Shown here one piece after another: positions 9,397 to 17,977 of a DNA stretch of 64,000 nucleotides. The notes below the pieces were generated by a model that did no database searches, was not told the DNA's origin, and saw nothing but the letters and a program-made list of their open reading frames with translations. Numbering within the stretch: position 1 is the first letter of the stretch; each line of letters begins with the position of its first letter. The position numbers and the translations under genes were made by a program. Origin of the DNA: Candidatus Sericytochromatia bacterium (GTDB lineage Bacteria > Cyanobacteriota > Sericytochromatia > S15B-MN24 > JAQBPE01); contig JAYKIL010000015.1 in NCBI GenBank assembly GCA_035284745.1, positions 106 through 64,105 on the forward strand. The letters run 5' to 3'.

Positions 9397-10326
9397 ATGA
9401 TGCTTTTTGAAAGAGACCGGACCCGGCCCGTGAGGCCTGGATTCACCCTGATTGAAGCTCTGGTGGCGGCACTCGTACTGGTCGTTTCGTTGATGGCGCT
9501 TGGCGGGTTGGTGGCCGGGGTGACGCGGAAAAGCAGGACTCCGGATGATTTGGGTCGCGCTGCGTGGTTTGCGGCGGAGCGAATGAGCTACTTCCGGTCG
9601 CAGTTGGGGCAACGATCGTTGGGTCGCAGTGATGGCACCGTTTCTGGTTTCGTAGCGGCGGGGGGAACTTACTATCCTCCGCCTCCGGATTCGCGCCTGT
9701 TAGACCGAAATACGGTGCAGGCATATCACAATTTGGCGGCGAACCGCAGACCGGCTTTGTTGGTGCGCGAATATCTGTACGATACCCCCGATTTGGGCCG
9801 GGCCGTTTTGGAGGGCAACGTTTCGGGGGATATGCCGAGACGGCGAGCGTGGGTTCCCAATCAGCGCTTCGCTGTCAACGAGATACCATTGACCCCTGCC
9901 ATTTTGAGGGAGGGGGCGAATACGTTCGGGGTGACGAGGGTCTTCGCCAACCCCATCGATGAGGCCGAGCCGCCCGCTCCTGAGAATCACCCTGATGGAA
10001 CCGTGGCCATTCCTGCGCCTCGGGCCAACGACCATTTGAGAGGCCGCACCTTTCCGATGACAGAACCGGCGTTACGCTTTGTGCGCGAGGTATGGTTTCA
10101 GACCATGCACCCGTTATTTCCGGCCGGGCCTGCGGGGGGGGTGCCAGCCTTTGCTCCTCGCTTTGTTCCGTCGCCCCCATATGGTGTTGTTTTGACCGTG
10201 CGTGTTTTTCTGCGCAATCCGCGCGTGCGGCTTTATTCTCCGGTCGCGGTGGATGCGGGGACGGGGCCCGGGTTTGACCCTCGCCGGCCGTTGGCTGAAT
10301 TGGTGGGAATGGTGGGCTTCCAATGA
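9397..10326 (+). CDS. prepilin-type minor pilin, PilV-like
   Basis: 309-aa ORF. Class III signal RPG/FTLIEALVAALVLVVSLMALGGL (N-terminal cleavage/methylation motif). Confidence 0.75.
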   Translation: MMLFERDRTRPVRPGFTLIEALVAALVLVVSLMALGGLVAGVTRKSRTPDDLGRAAWFAAERMSYFRSQLGQRSLGRSDGTVSGFVAAGGTYYPPPPDSRLLDRNTVQAYHNLAANRRPALLVREYLYDTPDLGRAVLEGNVSGDMPRRRAWVPNQRFAVNEIPLTPAILREGANTFGVTRVFANPIDEAEPPAPENHPDGTVAIPAPRANDHLRGRTFPMTEPALRFVREVWFQTMHPLFPAGPAGGVPAFAPRFVPSPPYGVVLTVRVFLRNPRVRLYSPVAVDAGTGPGFDPRRPLAELVGMVGFQ

Positions 10327-11888
10327 GGCGCCGGGGCTTTACGCTGATAGAGGTATTGGTGGGTGCTGTAATTGGCACCGTGGTGATGGGGCTTGCGATT
10401 GAAAGCTTTAGCCAGTTGATGAGAGCCCTGGCCCAGGCGCGCTCTCGCACTGAAGCCAGTCGTTATGCCACCAATGGCCTCGGTCGCCTGAGTGAACTGG
10501 TGCGCCGAGGGAATATTTTTTTCTACGCCGCCCGGCCGATGCAAACCCAGGTCGCCGTGGTGTCAGGACGAGCGGACGCCCCTGCCCCGAGGGCTGCTTT
10601 GCCTGGTTCGCTGGAAGATTTGGGCAGGGTGGGGCCCACGTTTCAAATACCGGTGAATGACGCTCTGCGTACGGAACCGAGTGCGTGGATTTCATCTCCA
10701 TCCACTTCCAAGCGCTCGTTCCGCTTCACGTTCCCGACAGGCGATCGTGCGGGCGGAGGGGAACCCAGTTTCTCCTTACGCATTGCTCCGGCGAAAAACA
10801 CGGCGGATCCGACGCTGAACAGATTTCCGGGGCCATTGGCTTACTTTGCAGAGGCGGAGTTTATTCGAACCAAGACGGGAGATACTTCCAATCCGTATGC
10901 TCTGTTGCCGCGCAGTTGGACATTTTACGTGCTGTACTTGGCGCCGATGCGTCTGCCACCGAACGATGCGAATTGGTCGATGCCGCGAGAGCCGCGCGAT
11001 CATTTCCCAGCGCCAATCCCCGCGGGAATCTCTCCCGCTCGAACCGCGGTGCCCTACGAATTGCGCCTGTTGACCATCCCAGGGGTGAGGGCCGGCGCAT
11101 CTCAAACGGGGGCCTATACCGTTACAACCGCTGACACGGGCCTTGCGACTCACCAGGCGACCTACGACCCTGAAGTGGGGCGGGTTTTGGCACCGGGTGC
11201 GACCTTGCCTGATCAGGCATTTTTTCTTGAGCCACCGTTCGATTATGACGGACGCACGGCGAACGGGCGTGCGAATTATGACCCTGTTCCGGTGCGCATG
11301 ACGGATCCACCGGCGGCGCGACTGGACCCGAACAGTCTGAACAATCTGTTTCGCTTTCAGGCAGCGGCCGGGGTGACGACCGCCCGGCCTCCCTCTGGTC
11401 CGCGGATTGCGGGGGAAGGCCTACACTCTAATTTTGGGATGTTAGGCAATGATCCTCCGACCGAACAGGCTCTTCAGGTTCGCCCCGGAGCGCCCGTGCC
11501 CACGGATGTGCTTTTGGTCCCGTACATAGACCCGGACGCTTATCCTGGGACGTCTTGTCGCTTCGTAAACAACTTGCATTCACCACCCGCTGCCGCTGGG
11601 GTGGATGGGACCATTCCGTTGGGGGGCGGTCGTTTTTATCATCGCTACATCGAGATGAATGGGCCCGGGTGCGATTACCTGGAAAATCGTGTCTTGACGC
11701 TGCGAGGGGACCCCGGGAGCACCTCTTTTGAGCTGGGAGCTTATGGAACCGTGCCGTCTCGCGCCTTGATTAGCGTGACAACACGGTATCGCTCCCGTCG
11801 CGATGTTCCGTTTCAATTTGCAACGCTCCAGACCGAGGTTTCATTAGATGGACTTGCTCAATACGCGCGTTTGCGTTCAGCGCCGTAG
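10323..11888 (+). CDS. prepilin-type minor pilin, PilW-like
   Basis: 521-aa ORF. MRRRG/FTLIEVLVGAVIGTVVMGLAI. ATGA overlap with the upstream gene. Confidence 0.75.
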   Translation: MRRRGFTLIEVLVGAVIGTVVMGLAIESFSQLMRALAQARSRTEASRYATNGLGRLSELVRRGNIFFYAARPMQTQVAVVSGRADAPAPRAALPGSLEDLGRVGPTFQIPVNDALRTEPSAWISSPSTSKRSFRFTFPTGDRAGGGEPSFSLRIAPAKNTADPTLNRFPGPLAYFAEAEFIRTKTGDTSNPYALLPRSWTFYVLYLAPMRLPPNDANWSMPREPRDHFPAPIPAGISPARTAVPYELRLLTIPGVRAGASQTGAYTVTTADTGLATHQATYDPEVGRVLAPGATLPDQAFFLEPPFDYDGRTANGRANYDPVPVRMTDPPAARLDPNSLNNLFRFQAAAGVTTARPPSGPRIAGEGLHSNFGMLGNDPPTEQALQVRPGAPVPTDVLLVPYIDPDAYPGTSCRFVNNLHSPPAAAGVDGTIPLGGGRFYHRYIEMNGPGCDYLENRVLTLRGDPGSTSFELGAYGTVPSRALISVTTRYRSRRDVPFQFATLQTEVSLDGLAQYARLRSAP

Positions 11889-11898
11889 GAGGATGGAT

Positions 11899-14520
11899 AT
11901 GTTGAAGGCCCGTCCGGGCTCTGCGATGCCCTTGGTATTCTCGATGGTCGGGATGATTATGGCCGTTGTGGTGGCCGGTATCGCGTGGTTGGGCGCTGAT
12001 GTTCGCCGTACACAATCTGACCGTTGGCGTGCTGTGGCGGCTGACGCCGCGCAATCCGGTTTGGCGTTGACCTTGGCTTGGGCCCGCTCGACCATTGATC
12101 GCACCCGGACAACGCCGAGTGAATGGGACCGTGCGGAAGGGGTTGCGATCAATCCGTTGCGGAGCATGTTTGAATCGCCGGAATTCAGGGCCCTGACGCC
12201 CGATGATGTCGGCGCACTCCCACGACTTCGCGAGAATTTGGGGTCCCGGGACGTGATGCCCGCCGAGGTGGGAGACGTGATAGAGGCGGACGGTGCTGGC
12301 GAGTATGTGGTCGGACGCTATGGTGACCACATCGCAACGGTGAGGGTGCGCCTGCAGTCTTTTCGCCTTTCGGAGGACGCGCCCCGGCAATATAAAATTG
12401 GTGTCGCTGGACGTGTTCGGGTGTACGACGCGCGTGCCTCGCGGGAGGGGGCATTCCGCGGGACGCGTTTGGTGGCGGATCGGGTCTTGCTTGCAACGAT
12501 GGGGAAGCAGGTGCTGTCACGTTATGCGGCCATCACCGACATTGATTTGGTTCATAATTGGGCGCCGGGCGAACGGGTTGAGGGCCCTTTGCACATCAAT
12601 CGGGGCTATGTGGACGCGCCTGTGGGTATTCGCCCGGCCAATACGACATTGCGCAATGGCCGCAGCTTCATGAGTCTCAACGCGCCGGGCCCGTTTCAAG
12701 TTCCACCGGGGGCTGCGCCGCATCCTGTTTTCACCGATGTGGTCTCCATGACCCTCAACCGGGAAGAGGGGGCGGGTTATCAGGACAGCGCTGACTTTAG
12801 CAGCGCGGTCAAATACAACGACGGGGCCTTGAGTGCTGGGGCCTATTCTGAAGAGCGGGCCCGTGCGATTTTTCAGGCACCTGAAAATCAAGCACAGGTC
12901 GGCGGCAAAGCCGGTCCAGTGTTTCAGGCGGACCCGATCGAACTGCCGCGTAATTCTCGGGCGCGGTTGCCCGCCGTGTGGGGATTATCTGAGGCGGAAT
13001 ATCCCGATCGCATTAATCATCTTGATTTGGAGGATGGGGTCTATATTCCAACACGCGATTTGGTGGAGAACGGGGCCACCCGTTATGGCGGCGGAGAAAA
13101 TGCCCCGGTCGGTGGTATCTACGTGCGCGGGGTTGTGGAGGTCATGCGTCTTGCCACGACAGAAACGAAGTCTTATTACTTTTTTCAGGTCGGCTATGTA
13201 AAAACCAATCTTCCCCGGCGGACCTATGTGGTGGTGGCGGATCGGCGAAATCATACCTTACGCTTGGTCGCCTACGGCCCGAACTCTCGCTTGGAAGATA
13301 TTCAAAATACGCCATTGGCTGCTTTCGACGCGGCGGGGGGCATTGAAAATGACCTGGCGAAGTTTGCGGTGGGCGGGAGTGGGGTCATTGCACAGCAGTT
13401 CAACGCGCCGGGTACCGGCGCACGCTACCCCTTCAACGGTGTCATTTTTGTTGACTACTCGAAGCACGACCCCATCCGCGCGCCGGGAACTCCTTGGGGC
13501 TTGGTCAGGTCAACGGCGGCGAACCCGGTGCGTGCGCTAACGGGGCACATCTTGGCGTTGGGTGACCCCGGCCAACGCGCCAATTCTTTGGTCAAGCGGG
13601 CATTTCCGGGTGCCTGGAACGCGGACCTTCCCCCCACGGGGGCTTGGCCCGCTGCAGAGACCATCAGCACCGAGGATGTGGGGGGCCCCGCAGGGGCTTT
13701 GCGGCCCGCGTCACGGTTGTCGATCATCACCTCAGGCGATGTCTTTATTCAGAATCACCTGGTGCTTCAAAGTGTGGCCCGCGCCTGCGGGATGCGCAAT
13801 GGCCCGGATCGCGTGGTGCGTGAAAATGTGAATGCACGCAGCACGCGTGACCTGCTCGGTATTGTCTCAGATAAACAAATTCTCATAGGGCTTGCGGCTC
13901 CCAGTGCGACGAATCGCGAAGAAACAGGCGTGCTGCTGATGGGGGCTTTTGGCGCTCTTGGCGACCCTGCGTACGACCCCGCGACGAATACTACAATGCC
14001 CGTCCCTGCCAGCAATACGAGCAAAGAGGGGCTTTATTTTCGCTATCGGGGTTCTTTTTCGACCGAGGGCTTGATGGCCCTTTTCGCACCCGAATTTGGT
14101 GAAAAATACAATATCCTTTGGCCTTCCGGAACGGCCGTTCCGACGACTTTTGATTCGGCCGGGGATGCGTACAATACGAGCGGAACGCAATATCCCTTTA
14201 ACCCATTGTATCTAGCCGACGGGCCCTATGGCGAGGCATTCCCGGAACTGTTGACGAGTGGCAATGGCCCCAACCTGAAAGGTTCACGGGGGCGCTTAAC
14301 AGTTTTTGGCTCGTTGGTCACCAAAAAGCGAGGTGCGGTGGGAACCGGGAACCGCTCGTATGATAAGGACAATCGTTACGATCAACGATTGCTGACGATC
14401 GCCCCGCCCCTGTTTCCGAATGCTGTTAATTTGGTTCTTCAAATTTCAACCCTCGACGGATTGGGTCTCCCCCCCTATCGGGGGCCGCGAGCGGATGAAG
14501 TCAGCTTCTTGAATGAATGA
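11899..14520 (+). CDS. large PilX-like pilus-associated protein (no canonical prepilin motif)
   Basis: ORF open from 11848. ATG 11899 sits 6 nt after AGGAGG (11887-11892). N-terminus MLKARPGSAMPLVFSMVGMIMAVVVAGIAWLG resembles a PilX N-terminal anchor. 873 aa. Confidence 0.65.
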   Translation: MLKARPGSAMPLVFSMVGMIMAVVVAGIAWLGADVRRTQSDRWRAVAADAAQSGLALTLAWARSTIDRTRTTPSEWDRAEGVAINPLRSMFESPEFRALTPDDVGALPRLRENLGSRDVMPAEVGDVIEADGAGEYVVGRYGDHIATVRVRLQSFRLSEDAPRQYKIGVAGRVRVYDARASREGAFRGTRLVADRVLLATMGKQVLSRYAAITDIDLVHNWAPGERVEGPLHINRGYVDAPVGIRPANTTLRNGRSFMSLNAPGPFQVPPGAAPHPVFTDVVSMTLNREEGAGYQDSADFSSAVKYNDGALSAGAYSEERARAIFQAPENQAQVGGKAGPVFQADPIELPRNSRARLPAVWGLSEAEYPDRINHLDLEDGVYIPTRDLVENGATRYGGGENAPVGGIYVRGVVEVMRLATTETKSYYFFQVGYVKTNLPRRTYVVVADRRNHTLRLVAYGPNSRLEDIQNTPLAAFDAAGGIENDLAKFAVGGSGVIAQQFNAPGTGARYPFNGVIFVDYSKHDPIRAPGTPWGLVRSTAANPVRALTGHILALGDPGQRANSLVKRAFPGAWNADLPPTGAWPAAETISTEDVGGPAGALRPASRLSIITSGDVFIQNHLVLQSVARACGMRNGPDRVVRENVNARSTRDLLGIVSDKQILIGLAAPSATNREETGVLLMGAFGALGDPAYDPATNTTMPVPASNTSKEGLYFRYRGSFSTEGLMALFAPEFGEKYNILWPSGTAVPTTFDSAGDAYNTSGTQYPFNPLYLADGPYGEAFPELLTSGNGPNLKGSRGRLTVFGSLVTKKRGAVGTGNRSYDKDNRYDQRLLTIAPPLFPNAVNLVLQISTLDGLGLPPYRGPRADEVSFLNE

Positions 14521-14582
14521 CGCTCTTTTTGGGGTATGCTTCTGGAAGTTGAGCAAGCGTGGTTCCTGAAAGGCAAGAGAAA

Positions 14583-15455
14583 ATGCATCCCTTACAGAAA
14601 GTTTTCCCCGTCGCAGGGGTGCTGGTCAGTGCGGCACTGGTGTCTGCCTGTCAGACGTCGACTGCACCCGGGATGACGCCTCTCGCTGCTGATGCTGCAA
14701 CCGTGGCGCCTGTCGCCCAGCCGGCAATCCTCGCCTCGGAAGGCGCGGGGGCCAATCTGCCCGTGCGTAATTTATCGCTCACCGTCTATGGGTTGTCGGA
14801 CATCGCGGGGGGGGCTGGGAAACTGGTCGGCGTGGACAGCGCCACCTTGATTTCGGCGGGAGGCATGAACCTGATCTCGGCGGGGGGCATGAATTTCGCG
14901 CCGCCAACCCCCGGATTTACCCCCCCTCGCTATCGCCTGCAAGCCGGGACGATCTTCGACGAGTTTGTCCCCGTAGAGGGCGCGGTGGTTACGTTTCGCT
15001 ATTTGCGCGCGGGCGGGGGACTGGTCAGTCCGACGTATGTGAAGTCCGATGCGAATGGAAAAGTGAATATTCGGCTGCAGGCGCCGGGGGAAACCCTCGA
15101 GGCCGAGGCCAGGTTCATCGTGGGCGGCAAAACCTACCGCTTGGCCGCTCCCATTCCGCCTGAGAGCGAGATCCAGAGCACTATTTGCCCGATTTACAGT
15201 GTTTTGTGCGGCCGGATCAAGGCCATTTTGGAGCAAAACAATTTGACGGCGCCCGAGCTGAGACAGGTCGAGCTGAAGGCGGCGTGGGACGCGATCAACG
15301 AGTCGGGGGTGACCCTGACGTCCGAGATGCTTTTGGCCGATCACCCCCTGGAAGATGTGGAGCGCTTTTACCAGGCCGTGGTAAGCACGATCACGGACCC
15401 CGACAAGAAGAAAATCATTACGGACTACGTGGCGAAGATCAAACGGGCCAGTTGA
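14583..15455 (+). CDS. lipoprotein, paralog 1 (2x LISAGGMN repeat)
   Basis: ATG 14583 (ORF open from GTG 14559). Signal plus lipobox VLVSAALVSAC. Full-length similarity to the next gene. Confidence 0.75.
   Translation: MHPLQKVFPVAGVLVSAALVSACQTSTAPGMTPLAADAATVAPVAQPAILASEGAGANLPVRNLSLTVYGLSDIAGGAGKLVGVDSATLISAGGMNLISAGGMNFAPPTPGFTPPRYRLQAGTIFDEFVPVEGAVVTFRYLRAGGGLVSPTYVKSDANGKVNIRLQAPGETLEAEARFIVGGKTYRLAAPIPPESEIQSTICPIYSVLCGRIKAILEQNNLTAPELRQVELKAAWDAINESGVTLTSEMLLADHPLEDVERFYQAVVSTITDPDKKKIITDYVAKIKRAS
14847..14894 (+). repeat. 2 x 24-nt in-frame repeat encoding LISAGGMN
   Basis: ttgatttcggcgggaggcatgaac / ctgatctcggcggggggcatgaat. Confidence 0.9.
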
Positions 15456-15529
15456 TGGCTTTCAGCGTGTGCGGCACGCAGACTGTTTGAGGGTGTTTTG
15501 GTGGTGTTGGTTTCTCTGGAGGGCCTGTT

Positions 15530-16387
15530 TTGAGAGAGTTTTTTTCCATGAGTTTTTTGCGCGCGGTATGGCATCCTATTCTGCTTCCGCTGACTATGGC
15601 CCTTGTGACCGCGTGTCAATCGTCCTCACCGGGCGTCGCACTCGTCACGCAGAAAAATGAGGCTGCTGCGGTACCCGCGCGGCAGGTCGCAATGACGGTA
15701 TTCGGCCTTTCGGACATTGCCGAGGGCCAAAGTCGAATCATCAGTATGGATGCGGCGTCATTGATTTCAGCCGGTGGGATGAACCTTATTTCAGCGGGAG
15801 GAATGAATTTGATTTCTGCAGGGGGGATGAATTTCACCACCTCCGCCAAGAATTCAGGGGCTTTTCGTTTGCAGGCCGAGGGCATCGATTCAAATTATCT
15901 GCCGGTGTCGAGAGCCGTCATTACCGTTCGTTATCTCGATCTCGAGGGCGAACTTGTGGCTCCGGTGTTTGTGCGGTCTGACGACGATGGAAAAGTAACT
16001 TTCCAAGTCAAGGCATCCACGGTGCCATTAGAGGCCACTGCGATGTATATGTATAAAGGGAAAACCTATCGCATCACGGCTCCCATTCCCGAGGCCGAAA
16101 AAGTAACCAGTGTGATTGATCCCATCTACCACGTGGTGTGCAGCCGAATTCGCTCGATTATCGCTGAAACGAAGGGGCGCTCTCCTGCTTTCGACCCGAT
16201 GGAACTGAAAGCCGTATGGAATGCCGTGAACGAGTCGGAGGTGACGCTCACCTCGGACATGCTTGAAACCTCGAAGTCGCTGGACGACCTTAAACGCTTT
16301 TATGAGTCGCTGCTGCCGCAGATTAAAGACGAAGCCAAGAAAAAGATCATCACGGATTATATGCAGAAAATTAAGACCTTCAAATAA
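15530..16387 (+). CDS. lipoprotein, paralog 2 (3x LISAGGMN repeat)
   Basis: TTG 15530 lies 7 nt after GGAGG (alternative ATG 15548). Lipobox MALVTAC. Shares with paralog 1: GLSDIA, LISAGGMN repeats, GKTYR(L/I)xAPIP, ELKA(A/V)W(D/N)A(I/V)NES, KKKIITDY. Confidence 0.75.
   Translation: MREFFSMSFLRAVWHPILLPLTMALVTACQSSSPGVALVTQKNEAAAVPARQVAMTVFGLSDIAEGQSRIISMDAASLISAGGMNLISAGGMNLISAGGMNFTTSAKNSGAFRLQAEGIDSNYLPVSRAVITVRYLDLEGELVAPVFVRSDDDGKVTFQVKASTVPLEATAMYMYKGKTYRITAPIPEAEKVTSVIDPIYHVVCSRIRSIIAETKGRSPAFDPMELKAVWNAVNESEVTLTSDMLETSKSLDDLKRFYESLLPQIKDEAKKKIITDYMQKIKTFK
15761..15832 (+). repeat. 3 x 24-nt in-frame repeat encoding LISAGGMN
   Basis: ttgatttcagccggtgggatgaac / cttatttcagcgggaggaatgaat / ttgatttctgcaggggggatgaat. 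Confidence 0.9.
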
Positions 16388-16410
16388 CGAAGTGTCGTTT
16401 CGCGGAACTC

Positions 16411-16455
16411 AAAAAGGACCCCAGAATAAATTCCGGGGTCCTTTGCATCTTTTTT
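16411..16455. terminator. bidirectional intrinsic terminator
   Basis: AAAAA-GGACCCC(16416-16422)-loop-GGGGTCC(16435-16441)-TTTgcatcTTTTTT, between convergent genes. Confidence 0.7.
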
Positions 16456-16468
16456 GATTTTAGGCCGT

Positions 16469-17770
16469 TTAGAAGCGACTGAATCCGAGCAAGCGGCCTT
16501 CCGCTGGGTGAATCGCCCGCGTGTCGCCCGCGGCATCAATGAAATACAGGAAGTGGTCACGCCATTGCTTCCAGTCTTTTTCTACTTGGCCATATCCTGG
16601 ACCGAATTCGCGGTCGTCTAATTCTGCAGCAAAGGCCAAAGTACCCAGCTTTGCATATTCCCAGGTGGAAAAGTCACCAAAGGTGCGGTAAATCGTACGG
16701 GCGATCGTTCCTGCCTTGTAGCCCATGGGCTTGGCAATCTTTTCGCCGATGGTTCTGAAGCGGGCTTCATCGGGACTTAATTCGCGAGAATACCCCGGCG
16801 GCCACAGCACCATGCCCCCGTAGCAGTGAACGTCGAAGCTGGCCTTGAAGCGAACTTTGAGCGCCAGGTCGCGCAATGCTTGGGTCTCTGGTTCCGAGAA
16901 CGGGGCGTCCCCATGGTAGTCGTCAGCCCACTTCGAGCCATTTCCTTGATCCCAATGGTCATCGGCGTTGCGGTTGATGTCGACGCCGCCTGCCCCAACG
17001 CCGGTCGGTCGGGTGTTCTTGCGCCACATCGAGTTACCTTGCTCGACACGGGTCCGGCCATCCGGATTGACGACGGGCACAATCCAGGTTTCACGGGTAT
17101 CCAGCAGGCGGGTGATGTTGGCATCTTTCCCATAACCCTCCACGAGGGTTTTGGTCAGGTTACGCATCAATTCGACAGGGACCAACTCCCGCGCGTGGGT
17201 GCCCCCCGTGATGCGAACGGCAGGAAGCTTTTCACCGCGTTTTGCCGTAATCTTGGCCGCCAATATGGGGCGTCCCTCGATCGACTTTCCGAGGTCTACC
17301 ACTTCCACCAGATTGGGAAACGACTGACCGATGGCGCGCAGCTCCTGGTGCACTGTATCTACAGAACCATAGCCTTGGGGAAAGCCACGGACGACAGAGT
17401 TTTGTTGAATTCTGTACTTCACGCCCAGGCGTTGCAAGACGAGCCGGGTCCGGCGGTCAACGGTGGCGCCCACCGTTCGTTTGTCGTGGTCAACGTTTTC
17501 GAAAAGGTCCACCCCTTCGCGAGCCAATTGATCCAACTGGTCGCGGTCGCGGAATTGCAAAGTGACGACCGCGCGATCTTCGGCGCCTGCCAACGCGGAA
17601 AGCTTGGCCTGTTGCCGTTGTGTGGCGAGAGGGGCGGATGCAATTCCGCAGCCTGCCAACACGAAGGCTAAGGTGACAGCTGCAGAGCGCACGAGGCTTG
17701 AACGGTAAGTTGCCTTCACAGGAATGGTCCTCTCAGGTGGGGATTGGGATTGGACTGAGTCCAGTCTCAC
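16469..17770 (-). CDS. M14 zinc carboxypeptidase lipoprotein
   Basis: 433-aa ORF. The likely true start is GTG 17719 behind GAGAGGA, giving MKATYRSSLVRSAAVTLAFVLAGC. Motifs ITGGTHARELVP (HxxE), VVNPDG, VDINRN, FDVHCYGGMVLWP. Confidence 0.9.
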   Translation of the reverse strand: MRLDSVQSQSPPERTIPVKATYRSSLVRSAAVTLAFVLAGCGIASAPLATQRQQAKLSALAGAEDRAVVTLQFRDRDQLDQLAREGVDLFENVDHDKRTVGATVDRRTRLVLQRLGVKYRIQQNSVVRGFPQGYGSVDTVHQELRAIGQSFPNLVEVVDLGKSIEGRPILAAKITAKRGEKLPAVRITGGTHARELVPVELMRNLTKTLVEGYGKDANITRLLDTRETWIVPVVNPDGRTRVEQGNSMWRKNTRPTGVGAGGVDINRNADDHWDQGNGSKWADDYHGDAPFSEPETQALRDLALKVRFKASFDVHCYGGMVLWPPGYSRELSPDEARFRTIGEKIAKPMGYKAGTIARTIYRTFGDFSTWEYAKLGTLAFAAELDDREFGPGYGQVEKDWKQWRDHFLYFIDAAGDTRAIHPAEGRLLGFSRF

Positions 17771-17977
17771 AATGCGACTTTAATTTATTTTAAATCATTC
17801 TTAGTGTTTGCTCAATAAATGCCTCTATCGGCGGTGCGCGTAAAAAACTGACGCAGGAATTTCAGAATTGAATTAAAAAGTTTGCGGAGTGAGCGCTTTT
17901 CTATGGGTAACCTGCGCCCTCCGTGCTTTTCGAGGGTACAAGGCGGGCGAGGGGCCGTCGGAGGAGAAGGAACACCC

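Noticed and set aside
14847-15832. Short tandem repeats considered as a possible CRISPR or other DNA-level array
   Set aside because: The units are 24 nt and contiguous with no spacers. They are in frame inside two paralogous CDSs, and they are conserved at the peptide level rather than the nucleotide level.
16826-17671. 281-aa plus-strand ORF opposite the M14 carboxypeptidase
   Set aside because: Antisense artefact. The minus strand carries all the M14 catalytic motifs.
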